Below are positions 25,153 through 33,519 of a stretch of 38,552 nt of DNA, one piece after another. The notes under the pieces are model-generated. The model was not told where the DNA came from. It ran no database searches and saw only the letters and a list, made by a program, of their open reading frames with translations. The translations under genes were made by a program, and so were the position numbers. The DNA lies in assembly GCA_004293295.1 (NCBI GenBank), contig RDYC01000186.1:1-38552 (forward strand), read 5' to 3'. Position 1 is the first letter of the stretch, and the number at the start of each line of letters is the position of its first letter. The stretch comes from Bacteroidota bacterium. GTDB lineage: Bacteria > Bacteroidota > Bacteroidia > UKL13-3.

Positions 25153-25429
25153 AGATTTAGATCCACTTCTCCATTCTCAGCTGCGGCTTGCCGTAATGAG
25201 TCTGCTTATGAGTTTGGTGGAAGCAGAGTTTACATACATCAGGGAAAAGACTGGAGCAACGGCAGGAAACCTGAGTGTACAAATTGAAAAACTAAAAAAG
25301 GCGGGGTATGTAGAGGTGAATAAATCATTTAAAGATAACTATCCCTTAACAGTATGCAAAATAACCGCACAAGGCAGGGAAGCATTTGAAAAATATGTAA
25401 AGGACTTGAAATCATATTTAAAGGTTTGA
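25145..25429 (+). CDS. small winged-helix DNA-binding transcriptional regulator
   Basis: 94 aa with GTG start. LDPLLHSQLRLAVMSLLMSLVEAEFTYIREKTGATAGNLSVQIEKLKKAGYV fits a wHTH (ArsR/MarR-like) pattern. Confidence 0.7.
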   Translation: MYKDLDPLLHSQLRLAVMSLLMSLVEAEFTYIREKTGATAGNLSVQIEKLKKAGYVEVNKSFKDNYPLTVCKITAQGREAFEKYVKDLKSYLKV

Positions 25430-25489
25430 TGTATAAAAAAGAGGGAATTTTGGGGATAAGAGTTTCTGATTTATTTGTTATTTGCACTC

Positions 25490-26599
25490 ATGAAAATTTT
25501 TGCTCTAGGATTTTTATGTGCCTCTTTTTTTACTGGCTTAGCGCAGGAGGCTACTATTGTTGGTTTGCCTGCACATCCGGAAGAAGGTGGAGAAAAAACA
25601 GAACAGGCAATTGCCTCAGACAAAGAGGTTCACTTTGCTAACCTTAGGCAATTAACTTTTGGTGGAGATAACGCAGAGGCTTATTTCAGTTTTGATAGCA
25701 AAAAGTTATGTTTTCAAAGCAATAATCCGGTTTGGGGCCTGCAATGCGACCAAATTTTTTGGATGGATATTGAAGAGGCCGCTGACAATAAAATATACCA
25801 ACCGCTTATGGTAAGCAATGGCAAAGGAAGAACCACTTGTAGTTTTTATTTGCCTGATAATAAACGGGTGCTGTTTGCTTCAACCATGAAAGGTGGAGAT
25901 AATTGCCCGCCTGAACCTGAAAAAGGGGGTAAATATTTATGGGCCATTCACCCTTCGTACGATATATTTATTGGAGATGAAAAAGGCAAGTCAATAAAAC
26001 AACTCACAGAGTCGCCCGGATATGATGCAGAAGCAGTTGTTTCACCTAAAGGAGATAAGATACTTTTTACTAGCATGCGCGATGGAGACTTGGATTTATA
26101 CATCATGGACATGAACGGTAAAAATTTGAAACGCCTTACCAATACATTGGGTTATGATGGTGGTGCATTTTTTTCACCTGATGGCAGTAAAATTGTGTTT
26201 AGGGCAAGTAGGCCGCAGGGGGCAGATACAATTGAGTATAAGGCGCTTTTAGCAAAAGGTTTAGTTGCCCCAACCGCAATGGAAATTTACACCATGAACG
26301 TTGATGGCAGTAACCTCAAACAAGTAACAAAGCTAGGTAAAGCCAATTGGGCACCATTTTATCACCCAAGTGGTAAAAAAATTATTTTCTCGTCAAATCA
26401 TCATAGTGAAAAAGGATATGATTTTCAGTTGTTCATGATTAATGAAGATGGTTCAGGTCTTGAACAAATTACTTATGAAAGTAAGTTTAATGCTTTCCCC
26501 ATGTTTTCACCTGATGGAAAAAAGTTGGTATTCTCATCAAACCGCAACAATGGCGATACCCGTGATACCAATGTTTTTGTTGTTGATTGGGTTGAATAG
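25490..26599 (+). CDS. periplasmic PD40/TolB-like beta-propeller repeat protein
   Basis: ATG at 25490 gives the signal peptide MKIFALGFLCASFFTGLAQ. Repeated PD40 strings (FSPDGSKIVFRASR, FSPDGKKLVFSSNR, SPKGDKILFTSMRDGDLDLYIMD). Confidence 0.8.
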   Translation: MKIFALGFLCASFFTGLAQEATIVGLPAHPEEGGEKTEQAIASDKEVHFANLRQLTFGGDNAEAYFSFDSKKLCFQSNNPVWGLQCDQIFWMDIEEAADNKIYQPLMVSNGKGRTTCSFYLPDNKRVLFASTMKGGDNCPPEPEKGGKYLWAIHPSYDIFIGDEKGKSIKQLTESPGYDAEAVVSPKGDKILFTSMRDGDLDLYIMDMNGKNLKRLTNTLGYDGGAFFSPDGSKIVFRASRPQGADTIEYKALLAKGLVAPTAMEIYTMNVDGSNLKQVTKLGKANWAPFYHPSGKKIIFSSNHHSEKGYDFQLFMINEDGSGLEQITYESKFNAFPMFSPDGKKLVFSSNRNNGDTRDTNVFVVDWVE

Positions 26600-26601
26600 C
26601 G

Positions 26602-27840
26602 TTATTTATTTACAATAACCCGTTCAATTACATCTTCCCCAAAATGGTATGGGATAAAAGCCAACGAAGAAATTGGTTTGGTAATGATGATATTGGCTAG
26701 TTTTCCTTTGGTGATGCTGCCATGGGTTTCGCTCAATTCTAATGCATAAGCGCCATTAATGGTAGCTGCATTTATCGCTTCCTCCGGGGTTAATTTCATT
26801 TGTGTGCAAGCTAAAGCCACTACAAAGCTCATCCTGCCGTTTGGCGAAGAGCCAGGATTATAATCACTCGCTAGGCAAAAAGGCAATCCGGCATCAATCA
26901 TCTTTCTTGCAGGTGAATAAGGTATGCCTAAAAAGAAAGAGCAATTAGGTAACCCAACAGGCATGGTATTACTCTTTAGTAAACAGTTAATTTCTTCTTC
27001 ACCAGTATACTCTAAATGGTCAACACTAAGTGCGTTGTGTTTAACAGCCACCTGAACCCCTCCGGTATAGCCCAGTTCATTGCCGTGTATTTTGGCCTTT
27101 AGCCCATAGCCCAATGCGGCAGTAAGTATTTCAGAAGTTTCTTCTACGGTAAAAAATCCTTGGTCACAAAACACATCACAATAATCGGCCAATTGGTCTG
27201 CTGCAACTTGTGGCAGCATTTCATCAATAATTAAACGAATGTAGCCATTGCGGTTACTTTTGTATTCGGTAGGTATGGCGTGTGCACCCAAAAAGGTGGC
27301 TTTAATGGTAATGGGTGATATGGCTTTAAGGCGTTTAATTACCCGTAACATTTTAAGCTCATCTTGCACCGTTAACCCATATCCGCTTTTTATTTCAATA
27401 GCACCCGTACCGCTAGCAATAACCTCAAAAAGACGTTCTTTAGCAGCCTCAAACAACTCATCTTCGCTCATTGATTGCAATTTTCGAGCAGAGTTTAAAA
27501 TGCCTCCTCCCGCTGCTGCAATTTCCTCGTAACTTTTACCCTTAATGCGCATCACAAATTCTTCTTCGCGGCTCTTGGCAAAAACAATATGCGTATGCGA
27601 GTCAATAAAAGAGGGCAATACCATTTTACCGGTTGCATCAATAATTTCGTCAGCAGTTGGTGCCAAGTGTTCAATGGTTGATGAATGCCCAAAATCAGCG
27701 ATACGGCCATTTTTTAGTAGCAAAAAAGCATCATTAATGTGTGTGAGTTCAGCCATTTCTGTGCCGCTTTTTTTCACCACAGTCGCATCATCAATAATGC
27801 CATACAGGGTTTTAATATGTTTAATCAGGATTGTTTTCAT
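26602..27840 (-). CDS. hutI: imidazolonepropionase
   Basis: 412 aa amidohydrolase fold. FIDSHTHIVFAKSREEEFVMRIKGKSYEEIAAAGGGILNSARK is typical of HutI. Later HGNELG, DHLE and ASDYNPGSS metal/substrate motifs. Confidence 0.88.
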   Translation of the reverse strand: MKTILIKHIKTLYGIIDDATVVKKSGTEMAELTHINDAFLLLKNGRIADFGHSSTIEHLAPTADEIIDATGKMVLPSFIDSHTHIVFAKSREEEFVMRIKGKSYEEIAAAGGGILNSARKLQSMSEDELFEAAKERLFEVIASGTGAIEIKSGYGLTVQDELKMLRVIKRLKAISPITIKATFLGAHAIPTEYKSNRNGYIRLIIDEMLPQVAADQLADYCDVFCDQGFFTVEETSEILTAALGYGLKAKIHGNELGYTGGVQVAVKHNALSVDHLEYTGEEEINCLLKSNTMPVGLPNCSFFLGIPYSPARKMIDAGLPFCLASDYNPGSSPNGRMSFVVALACTQMKLTPEEAINAATINGAYALELSETHGSITKGKLANIIITKPISSLAFIPYHFGEDVIERVIVNK

Positions 27841-27929
27841 GATTGAATGCTACCGCAAATCTGCACAATATCCTTTATTTACCAAACGCTTCTTTGTGTC
27901 TATCGTTAACAATAACTATTTTGCATGGT

Positions 27930-28448
27930 ATGAAAGATTTACAAAAGATTCTGCAAACACCAATTACAAAGGGCAATGAGGTTTGGATAGCTGATACTGC
28001 GAGGGTTTTTGGACAAGTAACTTTGGGCGATGAATGTTCTGTTTGGTTTGGCGCAGTACTGCGAGGAGATGGTGATACCATTGTTGTGAGCAACCGCACC
28101 AATATCCAGGAAAATGCGGTAGTGCATGTTGATCCGGGTTTTCCAACTAACATAGGCCATGATTGTATTATAGGCCATGGAGCAATAGTACATGGAGCAA
28201 CTTTGGGTAACCACGTATTGGTTGGGATGCAGGCTACCGTATTAAATGGCGCAAAAGTGGGTGATTATTGCATTATTGGGGCGCATGCGTTGGTTACTGA
28301 AGGGATGCAAATTCCAGATTATAGCATTGTAATGGGTGCTCCAGGAAAAGTGGTTAAGCAACTTTCAGCAGAACAAATTGAAAAAGTGAAACGCAACGCA
28401 GCCGTTTATGTAGAACTGGGCAAACAATATTTGAAGTATTGGGTATAA
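27930..28448 (+). CDS. gamma-carbonic-anhydrase-like / hexapeptide-repeat (LbH) family protein
   Basis: ATG at 27930 (the track's extension is hydrophobic junk overlapping the hutI promoter). VWIADTARVFGQVTLGDECSVWFGAVLRGDGDTIVVSNRTNIQENAVVHVD and further hexapeptide repeats. Confidence 0.85.
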   Translation: MKDLQKILQTPITKGNEVWIADTARVFGQVTLGDECSVWFGAVLRGDGDTIVVSNRTNIQENAVVHVDPGFPTNIGHDCIIGHGAIVHGATLGNHVLVGMQATVLNGAKVGDYCIIGAHALVTEGMQIPDYSIVMGAPGKVVKQLSAEQIEKVKRNAAVYVELGKQYLKYWV

Positions 28449-28521
28449 ATCATGATTTATTTCTTGCATTGACGAAAAAAAATCACCAAACTTTGCAACG
28501 CAAATCTAACATTGCAACCTT

Positions 28522-29811
28522 ATGAAAGCTGATTATCACAGCATGAAAGCTCCTCACCTTATCATTATTGGTGGTGGGTTTGCCGGACTTGAACTAATAA
28601 AGCAACTTCGGAACAAGTTTATCAAAGTAACCGTCTTAGACAAAAACAACTTTTTCAATTTTCAACCACTCATGTATCAAGTTGCTTCAGGAGGTTTAGG
28701 GCCTGATGCCATTGCTTATCCGTTGCGTAAAATTATAGCACCCATGCCCAATATTGCATTTAGGATGGCAGAGGTGTTGCGTATTGAAACAGAAACACAA
28801 ACGGTTGAAACAAACATTGGGAATTTTGCCTACGACTATCTATGTATAGCTACGGGAGCTCAAACCAACTTTTTTGGCAATGCTGCTTTGGAAAAATACA
28901 GCATGCAATTGAAGTCAATACCTGATGCATTAGACTTACGCAGTGATATATTACAGGAGTTTGAAAAGGCCTTAAACGAGAGCCAAGGCAGCCAAATAGA
29001 AAGGGCCTTGAACTTTGTAGTGGTTGGAGGTGGTCCAACAGGGGTTGAAACAGCAGGGGCACTGGCCGAGATGAAAAAGAATGTACTGCCTGCCGATTAC
29101 AAAGAGATAGATGCCCAAAAAATGCAAGTACACTTAATTGAGGCAGCCCCTCGCGTATTGGCAGCCATGAGCGAAATATCATCAGCTAAAGCCAAACAGT
29201 TTTTAGAAAAATTGGGGGTACATGTTCAGGTTAATACAGCGGTTCAACAATACAATCCTGAAACAGGAGACCTTTCATTAAGCAATGGTCAGGTTATTAA
29301 AACAGATACCATTATTTGGAGTGCCGGTGTTAAAGGTAAAACCATTGCAGGAATTCCCGATACTTCTGTAACCAAAGGTAATCGTTATCAAGTAAACGAG
29401 TACAACCAAATTGAAGGAATAAATAACGTATTTGCTATCGGAGATATTGCCTACATGACCACTGACAAGGCTTATCCTAATGGGCATCCGATGGTGGCGA
29501 CCGTTGCCCAACAACAAGGTGTATTGCTTGGTAAAAACCTCTTGAAGCTAATTAATAATCAACCCATGAAACCCTTCACTTACCTAAACTTGGGCAGCAT
29601 GGCAACTGTTGGAAGACACAAAGCGGTATTTGAAATATTTGGCGTAAAGATGCAAGGATACATTGCTTGGCTTGGTTGGATGTTTCTGCATTTAATGTTG
29701 TTGGTGGGCTTTAGAAACAGGATTGTGGTGCTGTTAAATTGGGTTTGGAATTACATCAGTTACCAACGTGCTATTCGTATTATTACCCGACCTTTTATTC
29801 CTAAGCAATAG
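28522..29811 (+). CDS. ndh: type II NADH:quinone oxidoreductase (NDH-2)
   Basis: 429 aa with two dinucleotide-binding motifs (IIIGGGFAGLE and VVVGGGPTGVETAGAL) and a C-terminal hydrophobic tail. Confidence 0.88.
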   Translation: MKADYHSMKAPHLIIIGGGFAGLELIKQLRNKFIKVTVLDKNNFFNFQPLMYQVASGGLGPDAIAYPLRKIIAPMPNIAFRMAEVLRIETETQTVETNIGNFAYDYLCIATGAQTNFFGNAALEKYSMQLKSIPDALDLRSDILQEFEKALNESQGSQIERALNFVVVGGGPTGVETAGALAEMKKNVLPADYKEIDAQKMQVHLIEAAPRVLAAMSEISSAKAKQFLEKLGVHVQVNTAVQQYNPETGDLSLSNGQVIKTDTIIWSAGVKGKTIAGIPDTSVTKGNRYQVNEYNQIEGINNVFAIGDIAYMTTDKAYPNGHPMVATVAQQQGVLLGKNLLKLINNQPMKPFTYLNLGSMATVGRHKAVFEIFGVKMQGYIAWLGWMFLHLMLLVGFRNRIVVLLNWVWNYISYQRAIRIITRPFIPKQ

Positions 29812-29816
29812 TTTAC

Positions 29817-30407
29817 ATGCAAACTTTTAACCATGACGTATTTAATGCATTTCCAGTGCTAAAAACCCATAGGCTAACCTTACGGGAAATCAGACCAGAA
29901 GATGCAAAACGCATTTACGATATGCGTTCAAATGGCAGGGTAAATCAATTTATAGCCAGGCCACAAATGCAAAAGGAAGAAGACGCTTTAAACTTGGCCG
30001 AGCGAACCATTGCCGCTTACAATAATAAACAGGCTATTGGCTGGGCTGGCATTTTAAGAGATAGCAATGAGATTATTGGAACCTGTGGTTTTAACATGAT
30101 TGATGCATACAATTTACGTGCAGAAATTGGGGGTGAAATGGCTACCGAATATTGGGGTAAGCATATTGCCATTGAAGCCGTAATGGCCATTATTAAATTT
30201 GGTTTAGCAGAGATGAATTTGCATAGCATTGAAGCTAAGGTTTCTCCCGATAATCGAGGTGCTATTTATTTAATGGAGCAAATAGGTTTTGTAAAAGAAG
30301 CCCATTATAAGGATAGGATTTATTTTAACGGTAAATTCATGGATATGGCAGTTTATACCTTGATTAAAGGCAATGAGCGTTTAACCTTATTACAGCATGA
30401 TTTCTAA
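29817..30407 (+). CDS. GNAT family N-acetyltransferase (RimJ/RimL-like)
   Basis: 196 aa. LTLREIRPEDAKRIYDM start and acetyl-CoA-site-like WGKHIAIEAVMAIIKFGL...LHSIEAKVSPDNRGAIYLMEQIGF. Confidence 0.8.
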   Translation: MQTFNHDVFNAFPVLKTHRLTLREIRPEDAKRIYDMRSNGRVNQFIARPQMQKEEDALNLAERTIAAYNNKQAIGWAGILRDSNEIIGTCGFNMIDAYNLRAEIGGEMATEYWGKHIAIEAVMAIIKFGLAEMNLHSIEAKVSPDNRGAIYLMEQIGFVKEAHYKDRIYFNGKFMDMAVYTLIKGNERLTLLQHDF

Positions 30408-30756
30408 TACGTCATTTAAAAAATATGCATTGGCGTTTCCTGAAACAGAAGAGGCACCACACTTTGAGCATAAGGCTTATAAGGTTAAAAAGAAAATATT
30501 TGTAACCCATAACGAAAAAGAAAGTCGCTGCTGCGTGAAACTTACCCCAGAAGAACAATCGTTGTTTTGTTTAATGGATAAGGACTTAATTTATCCTGTT
30601 CCGAACAAGTGGGGAAAACAAGGTTGGACCTTGGTTAACTTAAAGCATGTTAATAAAAAAATACTAACTGAAGTATTAACGGCAGCTTACTGCACCGTTG
30701 CACCGCCAAAACTCGCTGCGCCATTTATCCAATCTGGTTTAGATGGCACTTTATAG
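30397..30756 (+). CDS. MmcQ/YjbR family protein
   Basis: 119 aa. Typical N-terminus KYALAFPETEEAPHFEHKAYKVKKKIFV. Overlaps the GNAT gene by 11 nt. Confidence 0.7.
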   Translation: MISNTSFKKYALAFPETEEAPHFEHKAYKVKKKIFVTHNEKESRCCVKLTPEEQSLFCLMDKDLIYPVPNKWGKQGWTLVNLKHVNKKILTEVLTAAYCTVAPPKLAAPFIQSGLDGTL

Positions 30757-30770
30757 TTTCACCTATTTTT

Positions 30771-30788
30771 ATGGGTGTTTTAACCCAT
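30771..30788 (+). terminator. weak candidate terminator hairpin
   Basis: ATGGGT (30771-30776) / ACCCAT (30783-30788) with a 6-nt loop, followed only by TTCAATC. 15 nt after the YjbR stop. Confidence 0.3.
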
Positions 30789-30843
30789 TTCAATCAGGTA
30801 TTACCTAAATAAATGCTAACATTGCACCCTTATTTATTAATAA

Positions 30844-32598
30844 ATGAAAATATTACTCGCGTACCTAAAGCGATATAAAAAGCTGGTTTTTTTGTCAATG
30901 GTATTGGCTGCCATTAACCAGGTTTTTTCTTTAATGGATCCCATGATTTATGGCAGAATAATAGATAAATATGCCCAACGCCCTAGCGATTATACACAAA
31001 AGGAGTTTATCACCGGGGTAGGTTTGCTTATAGGTGCAGCCATTGGCGTGGCTATGGTAAGCCGCATTGCCAAAGCTTTTCAGGATTATTTTATTAACCT
31101 GATTATACAGAAGCTTGGTGCCGATATTTATACGGATGGATTAAGACATACCCTACAAGTGCCATTTAATGAGTTTGAAGACCAACGCAGTGGCGAAACC
31201 TTAAACGTGTTGCAGAAGGTAAGAACCGATACAGAAAGGTTTATTTCTAATTTTATCAATATCCTGTTTGCGTCTTTAGTGGGTATTGTGTTTGTAATGG
31301 TATATGCCATTAATGTGCATGGCATATTAATTGCTGTTTATATTATTGCGGCAATTGTATTGGGTGTTATTACCAATTATTTGTCAAAAAGGGTAAAAAT
31401 CGTTCAAACCAAGATTGTTGGAGAAACCAGGGTTTTGGCAGGGAGTACCACAGAAAGTTTGCGCAATATCGAGTTGGTGAAAAGCCTCGGATTAACCAAT
31501 CAAGAAACGCATCGGCTAAACATTGCCACCAAAAAAATATTGCAACTTGAGCTCAAAAAAGTGCGAAGTATTAGGAGCATTTCTTTTGTGCAGGGTACTT
31601 TGGTAAACTTATTAAGGCAAAGTATTTTGTTTATTCTCATGTATTTAATTTTTAATGGGCAGTTGAGTGTGGGGCAAATTATCACCTTACAATTTTATTC
31701 ATTTTTTATTTTTGGCCCTTTACAAGAGTTGGGTAATGTTATTATCAGTTATCGCGAAGCGGAAGCATCATTAAACAACTTTGAGCAGATGATGAATATT
31801 CCTTTGGAAGTAAAACCACAAAATCCTATTCGGTTAAATGCCATTGAAAGGTTAAACTTCAAGGAAGTGGTGTTTCGACATAAATCAGCCAATTACGATG
31901 CAGTGAGTGAGATTAATTTTGAGGTGAATAAAGGCGAAACCATTGCTTTTGTTGGACCTAGTGGAAGTGGGAAAAGCACCTTGGTGAAATTGCTGGTTGG
32001 GTTATACTTGCCCAAAGCAGGAAATATTTTATACAATAATATTGATTCAGCATCTATTGATAAGGACGAATTGCAACAGCAACTGGGTTTTGTTACCCAG
32101 GATACCCAACTGTTTTCAGGAACCATTAAGGAGAACTTATTATTTGTAAAGCCTAAAGCTACGGATGCTGAAATCAACAATGCCTTGTCTCAGGCATCCT
32201 GCGACAGTTTAATTGCAAGAAGTGAAAATGGGATTGATACGGTTATTGGTGAAGGAGGAATGAAATTAAGTGGTGGAGAGAAGCAACGCTTGTCTATAGC
32301 GCGCGCCCTTATTCGCAACCCAAGGTTAATGGTGTTTGATGAAGCCACTTCTGCGTTAGATTCATTAACAGAAGAGGCCATTTCCAATACCATCAAATCC
32401 ATATCCAATAAGAAAGAAAACATTACCGTGTTGGTTGCACACCGTTTATCCACCATTATGCATGCAGATAGAATTTATGTACTGGAAAAAGGGGTGATTA
32501 TTGAAACAGGAAGGCATGAAGATTTGCTGGCTGAGAAGGGCTTATATTATGCCATGTGGAGGCAACAGATAGGGGAGAGAAGGAACGTAACAGTTTAG
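30844..32598 (+). CDS. ABC exporter, fused permease/ATPase (MsbA/MdlB-like)
   Basis: 584 aa. Six-helix TMD, then Walker A GPSGSGKST, signature LSGGEKQR, Walker B LMVFDEATSALD and H-loop VAHRL. Confidence 0.92.
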   Translation: MKILLAYLKRYKKLVFLSMVLAAINQVFSLMDPMIYGRIIDKYAQRPSDYTQKEFITGVGLLIGAAIGVAMVSRIAKAFQDYFINLIIQKLGADIYTDGLRHTLQVPFNEFEDQRSGETLNVLQKVRTDTERFISNFINILFASLVGIVFVMVYAINVHGILIAVYIIAAIVLGVITNYLSKRVKIVQTKIVGETRVLAGSTTESLRNIELVKSLGLTNQETHRLNIATKKILQLELKKVRSIRSISFVQGTLVNLLRQSILFILMYLIFNGQLSVGQIITLQFYSFFIFGPLQELGNVIISYREAEASLNNFEQMMNIPLEVKPQNPIRLNAIERLNFKEVVFRHKSANYDAVSEINFEVNKGETIAFVGPSGSGKSTLVKLLVGLYLPKAGNILYNNIDSASIDKDELQQQLGFVTQDTQLFSGTIKENLLFVKPKATDAEINNALSQASCDSLIARSENGIDTVIGEGGMKLSGGEKQRLSIARALIRNPRLMVFDEATSALDSLTEEAISNTIKSISNKKENITVLVAHRLSTIMHADRIYVLEKGVIIETGRHEDLLAEKGLYYAMWRQQIGERRNVTV

Positions 32599-33392
32599 TT
32601 TACTTTCGCAGTTTTGGTCATATCAATATTCCAAATGGTGTTTATAATAAACCCTTGGTTGTATTGAAACACATTTTGGTTGTTTACCCTTCTGCCCAAT
32701 TGCACAATCTGATTAAAATAGCCACCCTCTATTCTGAAAGTGTTATTAAACTTCCAGCCCAATAAAATACCCAGCCGGTTTTGGTCGAACACATTTTGGC
32801 CCACCTTTTCACCAAACCCAATAAATACCTCATCGTACAATGCCACATAAGGTGTTTTATCGCCAATCGTTTTTCCCTTTAAGGCAGTTTGTACACGTCC
32901 CATGTATCGTAATCGGTTCATGTATGCCCACTTGTCTGGTTCAGTTGATGAGGCAGCATTGTAGGTGGCAAGCCAACGCTGTTCCAACATGTAGCGGTTG
33001 CTTAAATCAAAGCGGCCAATTTTTTGGTTGGTGGTTATTACTTGGTAAATGCGGTGTTCTGTAAACTGTTTCCCAAAAGCATTAATAGGATGGTCTCCAT
33101 AAGGGTAAGTTTCAATCCAGCCATATCCAACTCGAGCCACCGCATTACCATTTAAGTGATAGTTAATTCCCGTGCGTAACAAACTTTGTTGCCAGGTTTT
33201 GCCAAACTCATTTCTACGCCATTGGTATTCTATATGCGCACTCCATTTTGGGGCAAATTTTATCGTGCCAAAAGTCGTGTACCAACCAATATTATTATGG
33301 TCGTTTAAGCGAGGTTGCTGTGCTGTTAAGTTTAAGTTGGTGAGTAGCAAAATGCCCAACAAACAACTATTAAATGAATAACGCATCATCAT
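32595..33392 (-). CDS. putative outer-membrane beta-barrel protein (DUF2490-like)
   Basis: Start preferred at MMMRYSFNSCLLGILLLTNLNLTAQQ (signal peptide). Alternating aromatic/polar beta-strand pattern (WSAHIEYQWRRNE, GINYHLNGNAVARVGYGW, FRIEGGYFNQI). The family name is from memory and not verified. Confidence 0.6.
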   Translation of the reverse strand: MMMRYSFNSCLLGILLLTNLNLTAQQPRLNDHNNIGWYTTFGTIKFAPKWSAHIEYQWRRNEFGKTWQQSLLRTGINYHLNGNAVARVGYGWIETYPYGDHPINAFGKQFTEHRIYQVITTNQKIGRFDLSNRYMLEQRWLATYNAASSTEPDKWAYMNRLRYMGRVQTALKGKTIGDKTPYVALYDEVFIGFGEKVGQNVFDQNRLGILLGWKFNNTFRIEGGYFNQIVQLGRRVNNQNVFQYNQGFIINTIWNIDMTKTAKVN

Positions 33393-33519
33393 GCAATATA
33401 CTGCATCTATGTTATTTTTTTCTTGTAGCATATTCATGATTTGATAGTGGTTTACCGTTGGTGTTAAAGTTACCAAATCAAGGTACTCGTTTTCCAGATA
33501 AATAATTTAAAGAGATAAA

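Noticed and set aside
25426-25641. 71-aa plus-strand ORF overlapping the start of the PD40 gene
   Set aside because: It is an alternative frame of the PD40 gene's signal-peptide region. It is Cys/Trp/Arg-rich nonsense composition, and the in-frame PD40 ORF has a clear signal peptide and repeats.
27248-27979. Two plus-strand ORFs (94 and 144 aa) across the hutI region
   Set aside because: They are fully antisense to a strongly recognisable imidazolonepropionase gene. Their sequences are low-complexity (S/A/I-rich) with no recognisable motif.
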